Positions 23,005 to 34,039 are shown, numbered from the stretch's first letter. The stretch: 34,248 bases of DNA from Catajapyx aquilonaris (GCA_000934665.2 JYFJ02004157.1:1-34248), one strand, 5' to 3'. Notes: generated by a model not told the origin, from the sequence alone. Translations and numbers: made by a program.

Positions 23005-25697
23005 ATGGCGTCACCAGAAGAGAAGGACAGGAGGACGTGGAGTGATCTTCACGTAGCATCCGAGAGCGGTCACTTCCAGATTGTGGAAGATCTCCTCCGA
23101 CGAGGGGAAGATGTGAATATCCGAACTGGTGTCCTCCGTCTGACCCCACTCATTTTGGCAGCTAGGGCTCCCTATCTGGCGGTCTGCGATGAGCTGCTGT
23201 CCCACTCTCAATGTGATGCCAACGCACAGGACGAGTTGGGTAGGTCAGCTCTGCACGAAGCTGCTCGGAGTGGCAGCGTTGGAATATGCAGTCTCCTATT
23301 GGACTGTGGTGCTCAGGTGGACATCCAGACCAACGAGCAGGTCACCCCGTTGCACGTGGCCGCCAGGGCTGGTCATCTGATGGTGGCCAAGCTCCTGGTC
23401 CAGAATGGAGCTGACCTTTTGGCCAAGACCAAGGACGGAAAGACCGCCTCGTATTTTGCAGCCGAGGAAGGGTATAATGACCTGTGTGGGTTCCTGAAAG
23501 GCGAGATGGATAAACCTATTGGAAATCAGGCCGAACAGAGGTAATATTCCTTTGTAGGCCTTTCATGTAAAGATTGAAGCTCCGCAACAACTGTCTCTGG
23601 TTAGGTCGAACTTTTCTACCAAAATTTCTCGACTCTGTTTGCATTTCAGGCTGATAGATTCTCACGCATCTGCAGCAGGGACTGATCAAAATGGTGCGCA
23701 GTGGTCGACTCAGGTAAATTATCACCCCTATTCTGAATACCTATATTGATGAGCATGACTGTGATGTCTAATGTGGGTAATAGAATGACATCAAGACCTG
23801 CGCCTGCATTTGTATTGAAGGACAGCATTGGGTCTTATAGTTATTGTCGATTAACTCTCAATTCTCTTTCCCCTTAGAATACATCGCCCTACGCTTCACG
23901 TCTTCTCTGGCAGCCTCGTGTCTTCTTTTTGTTGGCCCTCATGGTGAGTCGGGGTTTCGTCTACTTGGCTTCTTTTTACTCTCAAAACAACCTTTATTTC
24001 TGTCTCCTTTTTATAGCCCCTATACGTGCAGTAAATCTTGTCTCTTTCAGGTGGCCGTTACCTCCCTTCTAGTCGCATATATCGTCACTGGTGAACAGGG
24101 AGGAAGATTATCAAGTGAGGCTACTTGTATGCTCGCTTCTGTTGACGCACTGTATGACGCAGGAAAATGGAAGGAGGCTTTCGCAGCCCTTAGGAAGGTT
24201 TTAGTAGAGGAGGAGGAAGTGTTGGGACATGACCATTGGAAGACTCTTGCCACAAAGCAAAACATGGCCATCTTGCTACAGAATCAAGGGAAGTATGACG
24301 AAGCCTTGAGTGTTTCCAAAGAGGTTTTGGAAAAGAGGGAAAAGGTGTTGGGTCAGGACCATCCAGCCACTCTTAGGACAAAGAGTCGCATTGCCGCCAC
24401 TCTAAAGCACAAAGGAAACTACGACGAAGCCTTGTGGGCTCACAGGGAGGTTTTGGAAAAGAGGGTAAAATTGCTGGGTCATGACCATCCGGACACTCTT
24501 AACACAAAGCATAACATCGCCAACTTGCTAGAGAAGCAAGGGAAGTATGACGAAGCCTTGCATGTTTCCAAGGAGGTTTTGGAAAAGAGGGAAATGGTGT
24601 TGGGTCAGTACCATCCGGAGACTCTTAGAACAAAGAATAACATTGCCGTCACTCTAGAGCAGCAAGGAAACTACGACGAATCTTTGCGTGTTTACAAGGA
24701 GGTTTTGGATAAGAGGGAAAAGGTCTTGGGCCATGATCATCCGGACACTCTTACCACAAAGGATAACATGGCCTCCGCCTTTCGAAGCCAAGGAAAGCAC
24801 GACGAGGCAATGTGGATTTACAGGGAGATTTTTGATAGGAGGAGAAAGGTGTTGGGTTACGACCATCCGGGCACTCTTGCCACAAGGCATAACATGGCGT
24901 ACATGCTAGAGCTGCAAGGAAAGTATGACGAGGCCTTGGGGGTCTATAGGGAGGTTTTGGAAAAGAAGGAAAAGATGTTGGGTCATGACCATCCGGAAAC
25001 TCTTAGGACAAAGAGTAACATGGCCGGCGCATTACGAGGACAAGGGAAGTATAACGAAGCCTTGAGTGTCTACAGGGAGGTTTTGGGCAAGATGGAAATG
25101 GTGTTTGGTCATGACCATCCGAACACTCTTGGAGCAAAGAATGACATGGGAGTCGTATTACATGAACAAGGGAAACGTGACGAAGCCTTGCTGGTTTTTG
25201 GGGTGGTTTTGGACAAGATGGAAAAGGTGATAGGTCATGACCATCCGAGCACCCTTGCCACAAGGCATAACATGGGGATGGTAGAGCACCAAGGAAAGTA
25301 TGAAGAATCATTGTGGGCTTATGAGAAGGTTTTGGATAAGACAGAGAAGGTATTGGGTCATGACCATCCGCACACTCTTACCATAAAGAGTAACGTCGCC
25401 AAAATTCTAGAGCTGCAAGGAAAGCATGATGAAGCCGTGTGGGTTTGCAGGGAGGTATTGGATAAGAGGGAAAAGGTGTTGGGTCATGACCATCCGGACA
25501 CCCTTACCACAAAGAATAATGTGGCCTCCGTGCTGGAGAAGCAAGGGAATTATGACGAAGCCTTGTGGATATACAGGGAGGTTTTGAAAAAGAAGGAAAA
25601 AGTCTTGGGTCATGACCATCCATCCACTCTTGCCACAAAGCATAGCATCGAAGGCTTACAAAAGAAGAGTATGGAAGCCAAACATGGAATTGTTTAA
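23005..25697 (+). CDS. Ankyrin-TM-TPR protein, copy 1; exons 23005-23540, 23650-23713, 23878-23943, 24051-25697; 770 aa
   Basis: All introns are GT-AG with compatible phases (2, 0, 0), and the exons are conserved in the paralogues. Four full ankyrin repeats plus a partial fifth, a linker, the hydrophobic segment VFFLLALM|VAVTSLLVAYIV, then about 12 TPRs. AATAAA at 25706-25711. Confidence 0.82.
24222..25650 (+). repeat. Coding tandem repeat with 126-bp period (42-aa kinesin-light-chain/NPHP3-like TPR)
   Basis: Twelve LGxDHP-type motifs from 24222 to 25605, a distance of 11x126 minus 3 bp (one 41-aa unit). Confidence 0.93.
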
Positions 25698-26569
25698 CTG
25701 GCAACAATAAATGTTATTTTCATTGTAATGCAACTTATTAGGATGGAGTAACATTCCTTTTTAAATTTCCTGAACAATATTGAATGACAGCCACACAGCT
25801 ATAGGTTACAACGAAAGCAATTATTGTAATGTGATTAGGGGGATTTATTTGGAGATGAAAGGACCATATGTATGCAGCAAGCCCCATTTTGGGAGAAGGT
25901 GAATCACGAGAGACGTATAAAAGGTTTCAAGATTGTACCAGTGAAAGATAAGTTAGCATCAGTTTTTGCTCATTTTACGACCAGTTTTTCGAAGTTGACT
26001 TTAGCCGTTTTAGATCTCAGACCCTCTCAGTTTTGTTGTTGTGAATGACTGAAATAAATACACTGCGATTATGTTAACAAGATTTAATTGAATTATTGTA
26101 ATCTGCATATTTGTGTAGCAGGTCACAATATATCAGTTTTGGTAATAAGCAGTGTCGCACAGCTATCAACACCCGACATGACACTTTTGAGTGGAAGCGA
26201 GTGTTATCTGAAATCTATTACAAATTATATTTACCTCCTTAACGTTGTAAATGATTCAGTTCTGAAAAGATGGAGGTATGAAGAAGTGTTACATCATTTC
26301 AGGAACAAATAGTAGCCTAGTAATGATGACATCGAACCTTTTGTCCTCATATGACATTTCGTATGGTGGAACTGTTGAGTTTAGGGAAGAAAAGAAGTTA
26401 AATAAGGGAGGTACTGTTATTATTCGGCTAAAATGGAGAAACATTTACTGACGGATTTATAGATGTTAAATGAAATTGTTTCTGATTATGTAGGGTTGCA
26501 TTTGACTGATGTTTCTCTCCGCTTATACAATCAGTAAAGTAAGTTTTACTTAATTATTGTAACACGTAA

Positions 26570-27115
26570 TGTAAAGAGAAAATGCTTTCGTTTCAAATAT
26601 TTTAAGCCTTTTCGGTACCCAATCTTACCTCATCTGATTGGACGGGTATATATGCAGTATAAGCCGAATGTCAGATGCATGAGGCTTGATAACAAGATAA
26701 AGTTGTATTCAGTGCTGTGGAAAGTATGGAATGGCATCACACCTTGGAGTCGAACTGAAATATCTGTCTGGAACTTAATGTGATAAAAACCCAATAACCT
26801 GCTACAAAATAATAACTTAGGCGTCTGCACGTCTTATCTTTTTAGATAGAGCAATCTTGGCATGTACATCGTCTTTTCTGCGCTGAAAATCCGGAGCATT
26901 CAACCCAACCTTCCTTAGCTGCACAGATCATGCAGGTCAGTTGTTATTATTTTATCATTGTCTTGTTATGCATGTAGGTATAGTCCATATAGCCATCAGC
27001 ATCCATCAGCACCAGGGGGAAACAAATCCACAAATTTGTGACGCATGTGGATTAACTGTAATGTCGTGAATGATTTTTAAGGAGAGTTATATGAAGCATT
27101 TTTCCTAATGACGTG
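26570..27115. repeat. Upstream region of copy 2, homologous to ~31790-32320 upstream of copy 3; probable non-coding exon
   Basis: Colinear similarity, a shared donor-like GCAG|gtcag (26936 and 32161), and acceptor-like sites 30-40 nt before each ATG. Confidence 0.6.
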
Positions 27116-27346
27116 GAAAGAATAATATTTGATAATATGCTTGCGAGGAATTGATTTAGGACACGTAGCAATCCGGATTTACACAACCTTGTACAATCAT
27201 GTACTGTACCCCCATTTTATGACCTTTCTTTCATCTCGTACCTCTATCAGAGTCGACAATTAATATAGCTTTATGCAAATTAACTGTCTGGTGTGCAACC
27301 GTCTCCAGATGTCCCTGCTGTAGTCTGATCTACCCAGCCCAGGACA

Positions 27347-29871
27347 ATGTCATCAAAACAAGAGAGGGCGGACAGGAAGACGTGGAAAGATTTTCATATA
27401 GCAGCAAAGAGAGGGAACTTCCGGATGGTGAAATATCTCCTCCGACGAGGGGTAGACGTGAACATCCGAACGAATTTTCTCCGTCGGACCCCCCTAATTT
27501 TGGCAGCGAGGCCTCCTCCCTACTTTGGAATCTGTAAGAAGCTGCTGTCCCACTCTAACTGCCTCGTCGATGCACAGGACGAGTTGGGTAGATCAGCTCT
27601 GCACGAAGCTGCCGATAGTGGCAATGTTAAAATATGCCAGCTCCTACTGAACCATGGTGCCCAGGTGGACATCCGAACCAACGAACAGGTCACCCCTTTG
27701 CACGTGGCCGCCAGGGCTGGCCATCTGATGGTGGCAGAGGTCCTGGTTCACAATGGAGCTGACCCTTTGGCCAAGACCAAGGATGGAAAGACCGCCCTAA
27801 ATCTTTCTAACGAGAAAGATCATACAGACCTGTGGATGTACATGAGAGGCGAGGTGGATAAACTTAGAAACCAGGCCGAACCGAGGTAATTCCTTCGTAC
27901 ACTACGCTTACCTTATTATGTAAAGATTAAAGGCCCTCGACGACTAGCATTTCTAATGAGTTCACCTTTCTGCATCAATATCTTCTGGAAAATTCTTCTC
28001 ACTCGATAAAAGTATTGTACATTTTTTCATGCTTTTTTCTGTCTTAATTGACAGGTTTTGCCATGCCACCCAGAGTGACTTGTTACATATTAGACTCGTG
28101 CTTTGCTGTATTCAATTTGACTTACAGAATGTTTCTATTTCCATTTCAGGCTGACAAATTGTCATGCATCTGCAGGCACTGGTCAAATTGCTGCGCAGCC
28201 ATCGACTCAGGTAAATATCTCTTCTGGAAAATAGTTGGTGCATGTGGGGTAGAATGTGGGTGATAATGATGACCTCAACATCTGCCCATGTATATTTTGT
28301 CTTCGTTGTTGCCAACTCTCTGCTGGTACAGTATAGTTATAATAATTATACTGTACTTACAAAAATTCACATCTAATTGCCTAACATTCTACATTGGTTT
28401 CGAATCTATTATAATGCTGGTACTGGTACCCAATAATCCTAACATAATATTGTCTCAGTTCTCTACTAACATACTCTCAATTCTCATTTCCCGTAGAATA
28501 CATCGCCCTACGCTTCACTTCTTATTTGGCGACCTCGCGTCTTCTTGGCCATCATGGTGAGTCGGGGCTTCATCTACTACTTGTCTTCTTATCTCCCAAC
28601 TCTCCCAACAACTTATTCTAATCTACTCCTGCCTCCATTTTTATTGCCTGTTAAGTATTTTATCTAGTTTCCACGTCTCGGAAGAATAGCCTGTTGTCTG
28701 TTAAATTGCTTGGGTGTTGCACTCATGGTCTCTTCACAAAATATGAGATAGAAGAAACTATGTATTTGATATTTAAAAATCAAAGTAGAGAGGAATCATT
28801 CTTACGCGACTCTGATTGTTTTGAAATCCAGGTAATCGTTGGAAGTGAGAGATAAATCGGACTTTGGATTGTGTGTTGCATTCATATTGATCAATATTTT
28901 GTGTGGGTAACTCGAGTAAGTGAATGATGTGCACTTGTCTCTTTCAGGTGGCCATTACGTCCCTTCGAGCCGCATGTAACGTCGTTGATCTGACAAAAGG
29001 ACGAATTATTCAGCCTTTTCATAATTTTACAGGAGAGCGAAATGAAACCTGTAAACCATTATGCAAATACATAGAATGGAGTTTTGATTTTCCGTTCCAA
29101 TTCGGACGCTGCATGTCCCTTGTGTTCGCCGTTTGGACAGAATGCGACCCAACACTTGATGGTGTTGGCAGAGGTCAAAATAATATTTTAGCAAATATGT
29201 CGAATTCATCCTTTGGTCAGATTAACGACGATATCATCATAGGTGAGGCTACTGAAGAATTATACATGGAAACCCCCAGCACTGGTCAAAAAATACTCGA
29301 GGTAGGACCATTCCCAATTGGCAGTAATGGAAGTAAGACAACGAAGGAGGATTCGAAGGATCGTGTTCGGGGGTCGAGCGGGGATGAGCAGGATTCTAAT
29401 GGCACAGACTCCTCAAGGCAACATAATGAGATGGGAATGTGGAAGGAGGCGGTTGATCCTGTTCAGGTCATATTTCAAGCAGACAAATGGAAGGAGACTT
29501 TATCAGTCCTCCTTAGAGTCTTTAGGAGGCTTTCGGTGAAAGAGGAAACTGTGTTGGGTCATGACCATCCCGAGACCCTTGCCACAAAACATATCATCGA
29601 CAAAATGCTGCAGAGTAAAGGGAAGTACGACGAAGACTTGCGGATCGTTTTGGAAAAGATGGAAAGAGTGTTGGGTCATAACCATCCGGACATTCTTAGG
29701 ACAAGAAATAACATTGCTCATTATTTTCTAGTGAAGCAAGGGAAGTACGCTGAAGCCTTGCCGGTATTAAGGGAGGTATCGGAAAAGAATGAAAACATCT
29801 TGGGTCATGACAATCTGCTGGAGCGGCAAGGGAAGTATGACGGAGACTTGTGGATTTACAGTTTTTTTTAA
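27347..29871 (+). CDS. Ankyrin-(TM)-stalk-TPR protein, copy 2; exons 27347-27885, 28150-28210, 28497-28556, 28948-29871; 527 aa, C-terminally degenerate
   Basis: Same exon phases as copy 1 and a TACTAAC branch point at 28464-28470. An extra Cys- and sequon-rich region precedes only about 4 partly deleted TPRs. Stop inside a T8A8 run, and a second early TAA at 29936-29938. Confidence 0.72.
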
Positions 29872-30174
29872 AAAAAAGATGGAAAAAGTCTTGGGTCATG
29901 ACCATCCGGACACTCTTGTCACAAAGAGTAACATGTAAACCGCACAAAAGAGGAGGAACAAAGCCAAATCTGTAATATAAATGGTAACAATAATTCTATT
30001 ACTTTTTATTGTAATGTCACTTACTATATGTTAGTACTGTGACGTCCCACATACTAGGGGGTTGGGCTGACCTTGTTCTTCCCCTCCTGGTGTGTGGGGC
30101 GTCAAGGAAAAGGCCCAATAAGAGAGGAGCATCCTTGCCTCTTCCTCCCCAACCCAAAACCCAAGGTCTGTTAA

Positions 30175-30881
30175 CTTGGAGTGCAAGCAGGGAGCATAAT
30201 TATACTACATAGGAGGCGCAAACATCTGTCGGCGCCTTTGATGTTCGCGTCTCTCTGTTTGGGGCCGTTGCCAAGGCTGGCGGCCATCTTGAAGTGTGGG
30301 TAACGCCAACGAGGTATAAATAGGGTACATGCAAAAATATGGTCCGTCATCATTGATGGTTTTGGCGGCCATGGCAACTACACGGCAAGAACACGCGCGA
30401 ATCAAAGATGGCGGACCCTATTTTTGCCTGTAACCTATTTATACCTCGTTGGCGTTGCACATACTTCAAAATGGCCGCCAACCTTGGCAACGCCCCAAAC
30501 AGAGAGACGCTAAAATCGAATGTTCGCGCCTCTTATGTAGTATATGCTCCCTGGTTCAAGGTTGAGCTAGAACAATAAAACATGTGCAGGAATTATGCAC
30601 CCATTTTGCAACATTTTGTACCACCGAGAAAGAGTTTTGCACCCCTATCGTTAGTGAGTTAGTTAGTTATTAAAGAAACAAATTTGCACTCCAAGTTTAC
30701 GCTGCAATGCAAGTCACTCAAAGTAACGGTTTCTTTGGCTTGGAGTGCAAATTTGTAAATAATAACCTTAATAACTATAGGGGTGCAAAACTCTTTCTCG
30801 GTGGTACAAATAAATGTTGCAAAAATGGGTGCAGAATTCCTGCACATGTTTTATTGCTCTAGCTCAACCTTGCACTCCAAG
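30175..30881. mobile_element. TTAA-flanked MITE (piggyBac-like target) with long inverted arms
   Basis: TTAA-CTTGGAGTGCAAG...CTTGCACTCCAAG-TTAA. The arms match over ~100 bp once the inner element is removed. Confidence 0.85.
30188..30553. mobile_element. Nested fold-back MITE, 366 bp, CAGGG...CCCTG (P- or hAT-like ends)
   Basis: Inverted arms of about 150 bp. 7-bp TSD gtgcaag/gttcaag with one mismatch (30181-30187, 30554-30560). It interrupts the left arm of the TTAA element. Confidence 0.85.
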
Positions 30882-31002
30882 TTAATATACCTCAACACCA
30901 AGGCAGTTGTAAAGTAGACCCGGTACGAGCCGGTTGAGTAGTGAGTCAATACATCTGTGCAAAGTGAACCCACTGAGTATTATTGAGTAGTCGGGTATAC
31001 GA

Positions 31003-31221
31003 GTTTTGAAAAAGAAGGGAAAAGTCTTGGGTCATGACCATCCATCCACTCTTGCCACAAAGCATAGCATCGAAGGCTTACAAAAGAAGAGTATGGAAGC
31101 CAAACCTGGAATTATTTAACTGGAAACAATAAATATTATTTTCATTGTAATGCAACTTATTAGGATGGAGTAACATTTTAAAAAAAAATCCTGGACAATA
31201 TTGAATGACAGCCACACAGCT
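31003..31221 (+). pseudogene. Orphan 3' remnant of a copy-1-like ankyrin-TPR gene (last 38 codons, stop, polyA signal, 3' flank)
   Basis: Near-identical to 25581-25801. Reads VLKKKGKVLGHDHPSTLATKHSIEGLQKKSMEAKPGII, with the stop at 31117-31119. Confidence 0.85.
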
Positions 31222-32333
31222 GTACCAGGCTTGTGTACAGTGCATGCCAATTATTGCACAGTTTGATATATTTCTTTAGAGAATAATATTTTTTGCCAAT
31301 TCTATCTGGTATGGACGTGGTCCAATCACAACCCTGATATAGTCTACTATTGCTCTTCAAAAGTGCAGTACAGTATTTGGTGCAATATAAGTACAGTATT
31401 AGGCCCCAATGTTGTAAAGACAATTTTTATTTCAGTGTCAAATCTATTTAATTTTTATTAATTTATTGAGTATGTTTAGCTACAATAAAGTCTGATTCCC
31501 TTTAATATTTGTTTCAGAATAATAATACAGTACTTTCCTTTATTTTCAGAAAAAACCTTAAGGTAATTTATATGTTGTTTACGCTATGTGAATATTTCAA
31601 CAAATCTGATTATTGCACATCAGACCATCATTATTTTATTGACTAAAATAATAGCGAGTAAGATAATGGGGGTGAAGCCATGTCGTGGAAGTTGAAAAAA
31701 TGGTGGTGTCATCGCCGAGAATAAAGTGAGTAAGATTGGCAAATCAAACGAGCGTGATTAGAGTAGACTTTTTCTTTGTAATGTAAAGACGTGTAAAGAG
31801 GGGAAATGCTTTCATATCAAATATTTGAAGCTTTGTAGGTACCAAATGTTATCTCATCTGATTGTAGTCTTTACACGCATTGAGGTCAGTCGAATGTCAC
31901 CTGCATGAGGAGCACACATGCTAACAAGATAAAATAGTAATCAAAGTGATTAAGTGACTGTGGAATGACGTCACACTTTGGAGTCGAGCTGAAATATCTG
32001 GCAGGAACTTCATGTGATAGACACCAGATAACTTGCTACAAATAAACCCAAAGGCGTCTACAAGTCTTTTATCTTTTGGATCGAGCCCATCGTTCACATT
32101 GTCTGTTAGGAGCTGAAGATTCGTTGCATTCAACCCAACCATTCTTAGCTGCATGAAGCAGGTCAGAGGTCGTTTATTATTGTCTTGTTATGCGTGTGGG
32201 TAGGCTCATAACCATCAGCACTAATGGGGAATAAACTCCACAAATTTGTGCATATATGGATTAACTGTAATTATATGAATGATTTTTAAGAAGGATTGTA
32301 TATGAAGAATTTCCTAACGGTGCATAACGAATA

Positions 32334-32640
32334 CAGGGTGTTCCGCTTAAAGATATAATAACATAAAAATTCATAACTTCCAAAGTACTACTTGTAATGA
32401 CACCCATTACAAAGTGAAAATTTGAAATATTTTTTATGTAACTGAGAAATTTAATAGGCCTGTACTATGTTAATACGAACAGGTTTCTCCGAAAGGCAAT
32501 GTTTGGTGTGGGATCCTAAAAGTGAAAATCAGTGTCCGCCAACATACCCTATTACTGTAAAATATTATTTTCACATATCCGTACTTATAATGTAGATTCT
32601 ACAAGTTCTTAAATTCGATGGTCTGTTATGGTACACCCTG
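32334..32640. mobile_element. Tc1/mariner-type MITE, 307 bp
   Basis: TA-CAGGGTGT(T/A)CC inverted termini with TA on both sides. Absent from the homologous region upstream of copy 2. Confidence 0.75.
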
Positions 32641-32794
32641 TATGTCCTGGTTCTAAATAACTTTGTACATGTATCACATTTAATATACAGTTGCTTATCA
32701 GAGTCAATCATAATTTTTATCACTTTGCGCAGGTCAACAGTGGAGTGTGCAACTATCTTCAGATGGTCCTTCTGTGGTCTGATTTACCGAGTCT

Positions 32795-34039
32795 ATGCCA
32801 ATTGCATCAGCAGAAGAGAGGGACAGGAGGACGTGGAGCGATCTCCATATAGCAGCCAAGAGCGGTCACTTCCAGATTGTGAAGGATCTCCTCCGAGAAG
32901 GGGAAGATGTGAACATCCGAACAGGTGTCCTCCGTCTGACCCCACTCATTTTGGCAGCTAGGGCTCCATACCTGGCGGTCTGCGAGGAGCTGCTGTCCCA
33001 CTCAGACTGCCTTGTCAATGCACTGGATGAGTTGGGTAGGTCAGCACTGCATGAAGCTGCACAGAACGGCAGTGTTGGCATATGCCAACTTCTACTGGAC
33101 CGTGGCGCCCATGTGGACATCCAGACCAACGAGCAGGTCACTCCCTTGCACCTGGCAGCCAGGGCTGGTCATCTGAGGGTGGCCAAGCTCCTGGTCCAGA
33201 ATGGAGCTGACCTTTTCACCAAGACCGAGGATGGAAAGACCGCCTCATATTTTGCCAACGAGGAAGGGTACACAGACCTGTGGAATTACTTGAAAGGCGA
33301 GATGGATAGACATGGAAACCAGGGTGAAGAGAGGTACTGTAATTCCTTCGAACACTTTGCACTTACTTGTTACGTAAATATTTAAGGGTCTCGCCGACTG
33401 TCTCTTATTAGGTGAAACTTTTCTACCTCAATTTCTTCTGGGAAAATTCATCTCCCTCCATTCAAGTTATTATGTAAATTTTTCTTGTCTTTTCATAATA
33501 ATTGACATGTTTTGCCAAGCCACTCAAAGATCAGTGACTCGTTTCATATTAGGGTCATACTTTGTACTGTTCGTTATTGTATTGTGCAGGATGTCTCTGT
33601 TTGCATTTCAGGGTGATATCTGCAGGCACTGATCAAAATGGTGCGCAGCAGTCGACTCAGGTAAATTATCATTCCTCTTCTGGAATGCAATTGGTGCATC
33701 TGGAGTCGAATGCGGGTGATAATGACCTCAGGACCTATCCCTGTATTTGTCTTTAAGTACAGCTTTGTTGCCAAATTAGATTATAATTATTATTTAAGCA
33801 CAAAATGTACTACAGGGAAAAGTCAGAGTAATCTAGACACAATAGAAGGTGTTACAAAAAATACATTTTAATTACATATCATTCTACATTGATTTCTAAT
33901 CTAAATAATGGTGCACTAACACTAACAGTAAGTTCAGTACTAACTCTCTCTTCTCTCTTGCCGTATTGTATAGAATGCATCGCCCTACTCTTCGCGTCTT
34001 ATCTGGCGGCGTCGTGGCTTCTTTTTATTTGCCGTCATG
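32795..34039 (+). CDS. Ankyrin-TM-(TPR) protein, copy 3; exons 32795-33333, 33612-33660, 33974-34039; last exon beyond the window
   Basis: Ankyrin exon close to copy 1. Exon 2 reads (R)VISAGTDQNGAQQSTQ and exon 3 reads NASPYSSRLIWRRRGFFLFAVM, followed by gtgagt. Confidence 0.8.

Larger units (their letters stand above)
30038..31000. mobile_element. Possible LTR fragment hosting two nested MITEs
   Basis: Begins TGTGACG and is non-homologous to the gene flanks on both sides of the TTAA element. No terminal CA or TSD found. Confidence 0.3.

Noticed and set aside
23844..24050. N-terminal 69 codons of the 617-aa ORF as the start of a stand-alone TPR protein
   Set aside because: It has a TTG start and covers intron sequence plus exon 3 in a different frame. 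Only the exon-3 frame and its splice sites are conserved in the paralogues.
24222..25650. Regularly spaced repeats resembling a CRISPR array or satellite
   Set aside because: The period is 126 bp in an open frame, the whole unit is homologous, and there are no unique spacers or cas genes. The context is eukaryotic.
23005..25697. Naming the gene kinesin light chain, NPHP3 or a TRPA/NompC channel
   Set aside because: It has no KLC heptad region, no NTPase domain and no six-TM channel domain. Only the repeat types are shared.
28976..29032. Possible small intron in copy 2 exon 4 (gtaacg...ttttacag)
   Set aside because: Splicing would create an in-frame TGA at the junction, while the unspliced frame is open.
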